Shown: positions 1-8,397 of the stretch, one piece after another | Layout of the letters: every line of letters begins with the position of its first letter | Numbering within the stretch: position 1 is the first letter of the stretch | Virus record (IMG/VR): IMGVR_UViG_3300031143_000003 | Location: 83,287 to 147,286 of that record | Direction: 5' to 3' (one strand) | Length of the DNA: 64,000 bases | From: a virus | Taxonomy: Duplodnaviria; Heunggongvirae; Uroviricota; Caudoviricetes | Notes under the pieces: generated by a model | Told to the model about the DNA's origin: nothing | Database searches by the model: none | Seen by the model: only the letters and a program-made list of their open reading frames with translations | Position numbers and translations under genes: made by a program

Positions 1-765
1 AACAGTGTTACCAGATGATATGAAGTCACAATCGCATTCCTGCGCTGCCATTTTCTTACCAAGTAGAGAATCTTGCTTATCTCGCCAATCTTGATGTCGA
101 TCAGGATGTCTAGACCAGTGTAATCTAACTGGAAAGAATTCTCCAACCTGTTGTTCTGCGTCTACCCATGTTTTATGAAATACGTTACCTGTTCCGTTTG
201 GTGTAGATAGCATAATAGCTCTACCACCAGTTGCTAATGTTTGCTGTGCTGATGTCCATATCTCAGGTAGTTTATCAATAAATGCTGCTTCATCGATTAC
301 CAGTAATGATAGCGCTTCAGATCTTGCTGCATCTGGTGCACTCGATACGGCTTTAATATGTGATCCATTCTTGAACCTAAGTGATAGTCTATTGTCTTCG
401 GATGTTCCAACTCTAAGCCAGGTTGGCAACAAATCATGCATTACCCTTACCTTCGTTACTAAATTTTTTGCTGTTTCTTGCTTTATTGCAATAACTAATA
501 CGTTGAAATCCTCTCTAAATACCATTGACCACAATGAATATCCCGCAGTAAGTGTTGATATGCCGAGTTGTCTAGATTTTAGAATTATTGTATAGTTGTT
601 TTCATTGAAACTATCCAGTAAATCCTCTTGGAAGTCGTATAAATTGAATTTTATCTTTCCACGTGTTGGATGCTGGATGAAACAATATTTCTTCATGAAA
701 TATATTGGATCCTTCGAGCAACGTAGATATTCTTCTGCTAATGCCTGTTTTACTGATTTTGCCAT
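1..765 (-). CDS. terL: Terminase large subunit, N-terminal ATPase part; partial, continues past the window start
   Basis: Minus-strand ATG at 765 gives an open frame to position 1 (255 codons). The translation MAKSVKQALAEEYLRCSKDPIYFMKKYCFIQHPTRGKIKFNLYDFQEDLL...KSRQLGISTLTAGYSLW...LLVIDEAAFI carries a Walker A (SRQLG..T) and Walker B (hhhIDEA) in T4 gp17-like context. Absent from the ORF track because it is truncated by the window edge. Confidence 0.85.
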   Translation of the reverse strand, partial: MAKSVKQALAEEYLRCSKDPIYFMKKYCFIQHPTRGKIKFNLYDFQEDLLDSFNENNYTIILKSRQLGISTLTAGYSLWSMVFREDFNVLVIAIKQETAKNLVTKVRVMHDLLPTWLRVGTSEDNRLSLRFKNGSHIKAVSSAPDAARSEALSLLVIDEAAFIDKLPEIWTSAQQTLATGGRAIMLSTPNGTGNVFHKTWVDAEQQVGEFFPVRLHWSRHPDRHQDWRDKQDSLLGKKMAAQECDCDFISSGNTV

Positions 766-772
766 AATGTGC

Positions 773-1153
773 CTACTTTGGTAATGAATAGTCTATTGAT
801 CTAACTATAAATATCGTTGTGAATGATCCAACAACAAACCCGACCCATGGCTTATTGTACCATTTATCTATCTGATTCAGTCTGTCATTGTATATGCTTA
901 TCTGGTCTAGATATAATTGTATTTCTTGGTTTTTGAAGCCGATTATCGTGCTATCATGCATTGATAACTGATTATAATGGGATATCTGAGTGCGCAATAG
1001 GATGATCAACCTATCATTGATTGAATCCTGCTCAACCAATACATCCATAGCTGATATTATGTTGTCGATTTCGATTTGTGGAATGCGGAGTGTGTCTTGT
1101 GCAGTTGCAACTATTGGCATCATAGCCAATAACACAATCAATATACATCGCAT
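773..1153 (-). CDS. Hypothetical secreted/periplasmic protein with N-terminal signal peptide
   Basis: ORF of 126 aa. N-terminus MRCILIVLLAMMPIVATAQ is signal-peptide-like, followed by a coiled-coil-like region. Tightly packed between terL and the next gene. Confidence 0.5.
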   Translation of the reverse strand: MRCILIVLLAMMPIVATAQDTLRIPQIEIDNIISAMDVLVEQDSINDRLIILLRTQISHYNQLSMHDSTIIGFKNQEIQLYLDQISIYNDRLNQIDKWYNKPWVGFVVGSFTTIFIVRSIDYSLPK

Positions 1154-1440
1154 TATTTTTTACTATATTTTGTTTTAAATGATTTTGCAGTTTTTCTAGC
1201 TGATGCAGTTGACTGCTTTGATTTTGATATATTAGCTATGTCGGCTTCCGCTTTCTTTATTTTGAACTTTGCAGCTTTTTTCTTCTCAGTAGTATACTTG
1301 ACCTTATTATGTACATCGTGAATAGTGTTAACATTCTTGTCAAGTCGTTTTTTTGTATCGTTCTGCTTCTTTGTTCGTATTATCATTAGTCCAATGCAAA
1401 AACCTATTGCTGATGCTAATATTGTATATAATCGTTTCAT
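1153..1440 (-). CDS. Small membrane protein, N-terminal TM helix and Lys-rich tail (possible lysis/spanin-like component)
   Basis: 95 aa. Hydrophobic N-terminus ILASAIGFCIGLMII followed by a highly basic KK-rich region. Stop overlaps the downstream start (ATGA). Confidence 0.5.
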   Translation of the reverse strand: MKRLYTILASAIGFCIGLMIIRTKKQNDTKKRLDKNVNTIHDVHNKVKYTTEKKKAAKFKIKKAEADIANISKSKQSTASARKTAKSFKTKYSKK

Positions 1441-1577
1441 GTAACTATCTCCGTTTATTTTTGTTTGCCGTATTTAGTTGGCGGTATAACCAATTTTTGA
1501 TTGTATGTTTTTCGTGGAATAACACATATAATATCCCACCAACTACAATTGATATTATATAACAATGTAATTCCATG

Positions 1578-1943
1578 TTAATAGAATAGCATCTTTATAA
1601 TTAAACCAATTATAGCAGAATATATTATCCACAGCGCTCTACTTACGGAATTTTTCCATGTTAGTACGCTTTCCAGCTTCACAAGCTGCTTGTCATAGTC
1701 AGACTGCTTATCGTCGGCTTCATATCTAAAGTCCGTATTTTTGTTCACCTTAACAACTATTCCGTTTTCTGGATCGAGTATCTTTAGTTTTATATCAGAT
1801 ATATCAGATTTCATATCCAGCTGATGTTGCTGCATGTCAACCAATGCTTTTTCTATTCTAACAATATTGCCATTTGGTAGATTCTGGCGTAATTGTGATA
1901 GTTCAGCTATCATATCTTCTATTAATTCTTTTTGTGTTGCCAT
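1578..1943 (-). CDS. Coiled-coil protein with C-terminal TM anchor
   Basis: 121 aa. C-terminal hydrophobic segment ALWIIYSAIIGLIIKMLFY. Sits in a cluster with the two preceding small membrane proteins. Confidence 0.5.
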   Translation of the reverse strand: MATQKELIEDMIAELSQLRQNLPNGNIVRIEKALVDMQQHQLDMKSDISDIKLKILDPENGIVVKVNKNTDFRYEADDKQSDYDKQLVKLESVLTWKNSVSRALWIIYSAIIGLIIKMLFY

Positions 1944-1951
1944 GTTAAGTT

Positions 1952-2527
1952 TTACCCAGTTATATTAGTCAGTTTTAATTTTTCGTTTTCAATGTATACA
2001 TCAAATTCAGCTAGCAATTCGTCGTCGGATTTTCCACCTGACCAATCTTCAATGTCTCCAGCTTCTGATATTTGCGTCTTTGATCCACGTGTTTCTAGCC
2101 AGTCTTTAAATTCTGCCCTAGACTTGTGTAGCCATCCTTCAAAATTTCTATTTATTTGACTGTTTTGCCATGCATCATATGTGCCATTTGATCGCATTTC
2201 CATTTCAGCATCAGTTTGACAGTGCAGACAATGTTTAAATCGCTTATACATGTATTTGTGCTGATCAGCTAGCATTCTACTGTCGCATTTTGGACAATGT
2301 AATGGTATCTTTGCCATTGCTCTAGCCTTATCCAATTTTGTAACGGTCTGTTTTATTCCGTTTTTGATTGTCCAAGTTTTACCATTGTTTTCCCAAACGT
2401 CACCTTCAATGTGTTTAGCCATTGATTCTTTGGTGTAGCCTGATCTAATTTGAGTTTTGTTAGTGTAGTCGCCTGTCACTAAATTTCTCATTCGTTGTAC
2501 TTTGCTTTTTGATATATGCTTCTTCAT
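1952..2527 (-). CDS. Zinc-ribbon protein (CxxC...CxxC), function unknown
   Basis: The track ORF is 1952..2581. Starting at the internal Met (MKKHISKS, position 2527) avoids overlap with the upstream 759-aa gene. Contains CPKCDS...CLHCQ. Confidence 0.5.
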   Translation of the reverse strand: MKKHISKSKVQRMRNLVTGDYTNKTQIRSGYTKESMAKHIEGDVWENNGKTWTIKNGIKQTVTKLDKARAMAKIPLHCPKCDSRMLADQHKYMYKRFKHCLHCQTDAEMEMRSNGTYDAWQNSQINRNFEGWLHKSRAEFKDWLETRGSKTQISEAGDIEDWSGGKSDDELLAEFDVYIENEKLKLTNITG

Positions 2528-2534
2528 TGTAACT

Positions 2535-4814
2535 CTATTTATTATATTTAAACAATCCCAATATTTGATTGATCGGAGCAAATGCGCCTGTTAATTTATA
2601 TGTGTTGTTTTTATATACGAAGACTATTCCTTCGTTTGAAACTATTTTATCCATACCACCAAGTGATTGTAGTCGTTCTAATTCTAATTTTAACTTGGCT
2701 ATTTGTACATCATCGCCTTTTTTCATAATATCAGCTATTGCTGATTTTAATTCCTTTTGCATATCTCTTGCTGCCGAACGAGGATCTACGGCTAATACCG
2801 ATTGCATATTGTATAATACCTCGGCACCCAATCCTAAGAATATCTCTTCGAATTTTCTATTGTTGTTCTTAGCTATTTTTTTATGATCTTTTTTATCAAT
2901 CTGTTTAGCCCAAGCAATTAACTTTTCATCTACCAATGTTTTCTTGTCTAGTCTAAACGATTTTTCACCAAAGGCCCATCGTTTAGTCAATCCCATTAAT
3001 TTGTCTTTGTCAAGTGTTTCGGGTGCATTTTCATTAATAAATTTTGTCCACCAACGCTGATGATATTCTGCTAAACCGTCGCTATCTTTGAGACCAAATT
3101 CTGATTGTAGTTTAGTTATCATGCCATAGTATTTAGATTGCGAAACTTTGAAACTCTTTGATTGAGGTAACACGGTGATAGGTGGTCCCTTTATTGTATA
3201 TTTATCTTGCACATGTCCGTTTATATCTTCTATCATTTTAGCTAGTTTACCAGCAGCAGGTTGATTGCCTGATGTAGGATTACCTGACATGTCATATGTG
3301 GTTGTATTGTGGAATATAAGTAAAGCTTGACCATACGGAATAACATTTGTACTTCCTGGCCATATTACTTCTAGGTTCATGAATGTTTCACCATCAGCAA
3401 AGATTGATATTCTTTGTTTTTTCGATAACTTGCCTAATGCCGTTTCTAGATCCTTCATTGCAAAATTAAAACCATCGGATAATTCTCCTCTACCTGCCAT
3501 CCAAGATTTAACTCCAGATAAATTCATTGCATTTTCACCCTTATCTTTTAAGTGTCCTTTATTTCTAGCTGCAATGAGTCCTCCTTTTTCTTTCCAAGAT
3601 ATAGCTAATGCTTGTCCATCTGTCTTTTCACGTGTTAATTTGAGCTGACCTTTAAGTGCGTCTTTTACAATTTTTTTGAGATCTGAAAATGTTAGATTCA
3701 TCTTTATATCGAATGGATGATTCATATGACCCCAAGCTCCGCCTTCTAATAGTAGCCCTTCGGTTAAAGCTTCTCCTGGTTTCTGCTTCTTCATTGGTTC
3801 TTGCTTGGAAGATGATATAGATGCGTCTGCATCCATAAAGCTTAAGAATTCGTATCCAGCAACGGTCGCTATATGCTTAGACCATTTTGTCCATCTGGTA
3901 TATGCAACTCTTCCTTTTTTATCTTTAAGTAGATTTGTTCCACCATATTCGCCTGGTACACCTATTGGAAAATAAGATACAGCTCCTGTTGGTCCTCCTG
4001 AGAAATCCTTTTTGAATTCTGTATCATGTTGAAAGAATTCGTCTTCTCCACTTATATAATTAAGTACTTCCCAACCTAAATCTCTTGCGGATTTTTTGCC
4101 GAATTTCTTCCAAGATTTCTGATTTCCCCAATATCCCCTAGGTCCATCGTCAACAGAATCTCCCATGTGGGTTGCGTTTTCCTTAAGTAAATCTGGAATG
4201 CTAAAATGGGTGCAGAATCTTTCGACTAAATCCTTTGCGTCGATTAACTTAGATGTTATTAAATCATATGCAGCTTGGTCAAATTTTCCATATATTTTTT
4301 TAAAATTTTTCTTACGTTTAATTGGATCTAGATCTGATAACATGTTTCTAACATCTGTTCCACTTAATGTAGATAATCTAGGTAATCCATAAACATATCC
4401 AGCATCAACATGTCCCTGCGTCATGTCTGCATTGTAGGGTGAGTAATACTTACCACCTAGTCTTCCTGCGTCTTTTTGTCCTACTGCTGTAATGTACCGT
4501 GTATCTTTGTTGAACTTAGATAATATCTCCTTTGGATTGTATGGATTTTTAACTTCTACAATTCTAGTGGAATTTATACCGAACATTTTAGATATTATAC
4601 TTTGCTTTTCTTTAAAGTTCATTGGAGATTTTGGCATTTGAACTTTGTTAGATGTACATATATAAACGTTATTCTTTCCAAATTTGTCTACTAAATGTTT
4701 GTAGTTCTTATAATGCCCAGAATGAAACGGTTGGAATCTGCCTGCATATACTACAACAAGCTCATCTTTACTTTCATTGATAAACGATTCAGCTATCCAA
4801 TTACCTAATTTCAT
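2535..4814 (-). CDS. Multidomain nucleotidyltransferase: N-terminal NMN adenylyltransferase-family domain fused to a large C-terminal region with ligase-like (KxDG / DGE) motifs
   Basis: 759 aa. N-terminus carries VVVYAGRFQPFHSGH (the GRFQPFHxGH motif of archaeal/NadR/NadM-type NMNAT) plus an ISST-like motif LSGTDVR. Further along: REKTDGQALAISW (KxDG-like), FADGETFMNLEV (hhDGEhh-like), NEGIVFVYK...YKLTG. Start overlaps the stop of the upstream kinase gene (ATGA). Confidence 0.55.
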   Translation of the reverse strand: MKLGNWIAESFINESKDELVVVYAGRFQPFHSGHYKNYKHLVDKFGKNNVYICTSNKVQMPKSPMNFKEKQSIISKMFGINSTRIVEVKNPYNPKEILSKFNKDTRYITAVGQKDAGRLGGKYYSPYNADMTQGHVDAGYVYGLPRLSTLSGTDVRNMLSDLDPIKRKKNFKKIYGKFDQAAYDLITSKLIDAKDLVERFCTHFSIPDLLKENATHMGDSVDDGPRGYWGNQKSWKKFGKKSARDLGWEVLNYISGEDEFFQHDTEFKKDFSGGPTGAVSYFPIGVPGEYGGTNLLKDKKGRVAYTRWTKWSKHIATVAGYEFLSFMDADASISSSKQEPMKKQKPGEALTEGLLLEGGAWGHMNHPFDIKMNLTFSDLKKIVKDALKGQLKLTREKTDGQALAISWKEKGGLIAARNKGHLKDKGENAMNLSGVKSWMAGRGELSDGFNFAMKDLETALGKLSKKQRISIFADGETFMNLEVIWPGSTNVIPYGQALLIFHNTTTYDMSGNPTSGNQPAAGKLAKMIEDINGHVQDKYTIKGPPITVLPQSKSFKVSQSKYYGMITKLQSEFGLKDSDGLAEYHQRWWTKFINENAPETLDKDKLMGLTKRWAFGEKSFRLDKKTLVDEKLIAWAKQIDKKDHKKIAKNNNRKFEEIFLGLGAEVLYNMQSVLAVDPRSAARDMQKELKSAIADIMKKGDDVQIAKLKLELERLQSLGGMDKIVSNEGIVFVYKNNTYKLTGAFAPINQILGLFKYNK

Positions 4815-5515
4815 TTTGTGTTCCTTAATTCTAGTTCAGCGTCTATCCAACTCTGTGCTATTTTATTTTGTATTGGGCGACGAACAAATTTAGACGCTGT
4901 TTGCTTGATTGATTTTGAGAAGTCAGCTTTAACTGAATTGTCTATGCTAATGAAGTTTTTGTCACCAAATAATGTTTTATATTTTTTTAGATTTGCTTGG
5001 CATTCTTTCCATGATCTGTTTACCAATTCTACTGGTACCCGTCTTGGTCTAGATTCGTTTCTAGATAATGCAACTTCTAGTGTGGTATTTATGAATGTCA
5101 TATAACAGTCGTAGCCTTGCTTTTTCAACATTTTTACCTGGGCAGCGATCTTATTGTAGTCTTTACCTGTACCGTCTATCAATAAGCCAAGTTTGCCATT
5201 CAAATAATGCTTGAGTCTAGAACTAGTTATTGATTTTGCTGATTTGCGTATTTGTTGGGATTTGGCATATTCTTTAGCACTTAATTTTGTCATATCAAGG
5301 TCAATATTATGTTTTGCCATGATTAGCTCAAATGCTGAGTCTGAATTTACTCCCTTTAGTCCGTCGCTTGATACGGTTGGAGTTGATTCCGGCATACCGA
5401 ATAATGAATTTGCTGCGAAGGATTTGCCTGAGCCTGGACCACCTGACATAAAAACTGCCTTAAATATTCCTGGATCATATGTGCCTTCATTCAATAAATC
5501 TATCATCTTTATCAT
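4811..5515 (-). CDS. P-loop kinase of the polynucleotide kinase (Pnk) family, kinase domain only
   Basis: 234 aa. Walker A GGPGSGKS. The C-terminal block GLLIDGTGKD...ALSRNESRPRRVPVELVNRSWK aligns with T4 Pnk GVIISDTNLN...[23 protein letters not shown]. No phosphatase domain in this ORF. Confidence 0.6.
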   Translation of the reverse strand: MIKMIDLLNEGTYDPGIFKAVFMSGGPGSGKSFAANSLFGMPESTPTVSSDGLKGVNSDSAFELIMAKHNIDLDMTKLSAKEYAKSQQIRKSAKSITSSRLKHYLNGKLGLLIDGTGKDYNKIAAQVKMLKKQGYDCYMTFINTTLEVALSRNESRPRRVPVELVNRSWKECQANLKKYKTLFGDKNFISIDNSVKADFSKSIKQTASKFVRRPIQNKIAQSWIDAELELRNTK

Positions 5516-5562
5516 ATAATATAAATATCAATGTAATAGTTTAATGTATCAGCTATGTGAAC

Positions 5563-5766
5563 CTATATGTAATCGGATTGGTCCGTGAAGTGGCCATTTG
5601 TACAATAATACACATCAGAGAATTCACCTATTTCTGAATCTGTTAGATTGTGATCATCTATGATTTTTATCAATGTGTCGTCAGTTCGTATAAGTCTATA
5701 ATCTGACTCTGTGCATATGTACTTAGCACTTATTATATTATTAGCATTACATTCTATGCAATCCAT
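5563..5766 (-). CDS. Small Cys-rich hypothetical protein
   Basis: 67 aa with several Cys (CIECN...C...C). Packed between flanking genes. Confidence 0.4.
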   Translation of the reverse strand: MDCIECNANNIISAKYICTESDYRLIRTDDTLIKIIDDHNLTDSEIGEFSDVYYCTNGHFTDQSDYI

Positions 5767-5767
5767 A

Positions 5768-6583
5768 TTAACCTCCAGTAATTGTTATGTTGTCTAGACA
5801 TATATCGCCCTTATATGTTGTTCCAGATTTTGCGAAGAACCATACGTATACGCCAGCTGCATTGCCTGCAATATTGTTCAAGTCAATTTCAGCTTTTCTC
5901 CAATATCCTTGTGTAGATGTACTGGTATGTCCTGAAGTCTGCTGCTGGCCTGTTATCCGATCTGATGTCGTGGTAGCTGTCCCAGTGTTATTTGTCCAAT
6001 GTAATATGTCACATCCGCCACCAGTATCAGAAGTAAATCCAAATCCAGAATAAGATTCTACGGAACTATCTGCGCTGGTTGCACTATCTGTAATTGCTAC
6101 ACCCAATGATCCTATATTCGCACCATACATATGATACCAGAATTCCAACTTTAAGGTGCTATTTGCTGCGGCCGAAGATAGGTCTATCTCAGGAGTTCGC
6201 AATACAAATCGCTTATTATATTGGCCAGATGTTTCAGTATATATATATTTACTGGCAGCAGTTGTTGCTCCAGTTGTTAGTGATTCGTTCATACCGTATT
6301 TAGGCCCAGTATTAGATGACGGAGTTGTTCCACCTTCAATATCCCATTTCCGAGTTGAAGTCGTTGAACCATAGATTGTCGCAGCAATATTATTCAACCA
6401 ACCTGTTGGTGATACTCCATAGCCTTCGGATATGGCATTAAAGTTTTCCGATAGTAACGTTGCGCTTGATGCAGCTGGAATTGCTATTGCCGTCATATAG
6501 TATATGGAAGCTTTTGCTACACCAGATACTTTTGCAATAGTAGATATAGGGACGGCTGATACTTTCGCTATAAACGCTGGCAT
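5768..6583 (-). CDS. Putative virion/fibre-associated structural protein
   Basis: 271 aa, Ser/Thr/Gly-rich. Start overlaps the upstream fibre gene stop. Lies inside the fibre gene block. Confidence 0.5.
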   Translation of the reverse strand: MPAFIAKVSAVPISTIAKVSGVAKASIYYMTAIAIPAASSATLLSENFNAISEGYGVSPTGWLNNIAATIYGSTTSTRKWDIEGGTTPSSNTGPKYGMNESLTTGATTAASKYIYTETSGQYNKRFVLRTPEIDLSSAAANSTLKLEFWYHMYGANIGSLGVAITDSATSADSSVESYSGFGFTSDTGGGCDILHWTNNTGTATTTSDRITGQQQTSGHTSTSTQGYWRKAEIDLNNIAGNAAGVYVWFFAKSGTTYKGDICLDNITITGG

Positions 6584-8364
6584 TATGCTATCTCAATCCA
6601 AGTGTTATCAGGGCTAAAATATATTGGTGCAGTTGTACCTGTGCTATAACCAATTATTCTAACGACATCCCCGGTTGCAGTTGGTTTAGTTTTTGATAGT
6701 CCACCGGCTGTTGTGCTTAAGTATATAGGGACTCCGGGTTCGCCAGCTGGATTTGACGTTGGATGGATGAGACCGCTAACCAGCATACCATCAGCTAATG
6801 CACTTGTTCCTACGGCCATTCCTAACATTGTTGTTCCATAGTTGACTGTTGCTGATGCAGCATGCCATGTGCCAGAACCCTTTAGATAGTATATTCCGCC
6901 AGCTACTGTTGAACCAGTTGCGGTGTATATCACATTTCCTTGTGCGGGTCGATATGTTGCGTGCAGTGAAGTTGGAAGTAACACAGTTTGATCAACATCT
7001 AGGTTATTACCAATAATTGTGTCAGTGAATACTGCAAGGTCATTAAACGTTGCACGACCATTGAAAGTTGACCTCCCTTCAGTAGTAACATCACCATTAT
7101 TATTTATCGTCATTCGGACTGTATTATCTGTGCCAAACTGAATATCATTTGTTGTACTACCACTAATACCTATCAATAATGCGTTGGCAGTTGTACCAGA
7201 ATATGGTAAATCATTTGGAGCATCACCAGCGTCACCAACATGGCCAATATAACTACCAATTCCACCACCATCTTGACTAAGTTTTATATATGAATTCTTG
7301 GATTCATCATCATTATTTGGATCAGCTGCTATTGTTAATGATGCATTGCCGGTTGTTGTTGATACCACCAAGTTACCAGCTATTGTTTGATTTCCACTAG
7401 CTAATGCTGTTGCAGTTCCAGCGTTACCAGTAATCGACGTTTGATCGCCTGTATTTGTTCCACTTAAATTTGAACCAGCTAATGTACCACTTGCACTTAC
7501 GTGGCCAGAAGCTGTTACGTCACCATTCATAGTTATCGGATTTGCAGATTTACCTATCCGTATTGGCGTATTATTTTCATAACCTAAAGTCATAGCGGCA
7601 GCAGTATACATCCCAACTGGATGACCCTCAGAATAAAATCTGTCGGCAGATATATCGCCACTTGCACTTACATGACCAGAAGCTGTTATATCGCTTAACG
7701 AATTTATGCCGCCATACACTTTTAAACCTAGTCCTGCACTACTAGATATTATAGTTTCATTATCAGGTATCAGTGATAGGTCTTGATTTGCATATATTTC
7801 TAAGTCATCTGGCGTATCCGAATTAACCCCTATGTATGAGTTGGATGATCCTTCATGAAAAAGGACTCTATTGCTATTCATATTGAAATTGGACAATACA
7901 TCTATTGTTGCTACTGGCGAATATATCTTTGGATTAGTAGAAGTCCATGTACTACCACCCCTAAGTTCTATTCCCCTAGCTGATGGTCCTACGAATAACG
8001 AACCTGTGTTGAGACTGTCTCCAATAGATAATCCCTTAAGGACTATTGAATCTAAAGAATGCACAACGCCACTCGCGCTTATATTGCCAGAGGCTGTTAT
8101 ATTTCCAGTAAACGTATGCTCGTCTGATACTGAATCTCCGAATGCTGTAGATCCTGAGCTAAATGAAGTTGTCATGTGTGTTACTGATGATGATATAATA
8201 TAGTTTTCTGCTGTCAATGTTTCGACTGCAAAATTACTAGATACGCTCGAACCAGAACCATAGTATAACTTACCAGAATCTAAGTTTATTGCTAACTCGC
8301 CTTCTTCTAAGCTTGATGGAACGGAATTACCAGTTCCCCTTTTTATTCGTATTGTCTGTGACAT
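6583..8364 (-). CDS. Tail fibre-like protein (593 aa)
   Basis: Repeated ITASGN(V/I)SASG motifs shared with the 1261-aa and 390-aa proteins. N-terminal GSTAFGDSVSDEHTFTG module shared with the 390-aa protein. SD-like AAGGAAA lies 9 nt upstream. Confidence 0.65.
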   Translation of the reverse strand: MSQTIRIKRGTGNSVPSSLEEGELAINLDSGKLYYGSGSSVSSNFAVETLTAENYIISSSVTHMTTSFSSGSTAFGDSVSDEHTFTGNITASGNISASGVVHSLDSIVLKGLSIGDSLNTGSLFVGPSARGIELRGGSTWTSTNPKIYSPVATIDVLSNFNMNSNRVLFHEGSSNSYIGVNSDTPDDLEIYANQDLSLIPDNETIISSSAGLGLKVYGGINSLSDITASGHVSASGDISADRFYSEGHPVGMYTAAAMTLGYENNTPIRIGKSANPITMNGDVTASGHVSASGTLAGSNLSGTNTGDQTSITGNAGTATALASGNQTIAGNLVVSTTTGNASLTIAADPNNDDESKNSYIKLSQDGGGIGSYIGHVGDAGDAPNDLPYSGTTANALLIGISGSTTNDIQFGTDNTVRMTINNNGDVTTEGRSTFNGRATFNDLAVFTDTIIGNNLDVDQTVLLPTSLHATYRPAQGNVIYTATGSTVAGGIYYLKGSGTWHAASATVNYGTTMLGMAVGTSALADGMLVSGLIHPTSNPAGEPGVPIYLSTTAGGLSKTKPTATGDVVRIIGYSTGTTAPIYFSPDNTWIEIA

Positions 8365-8397
8365 ATTGTGTTTCCTTATGTATAAATATCAACGTTA

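Noticed and set aside
371-784. + strand ORFs 371..595 and 596..784
   Set aside because: They lie antisense within the open minus-strand terminase reading frame (1-765), which has clear TerL motifs. No start context.
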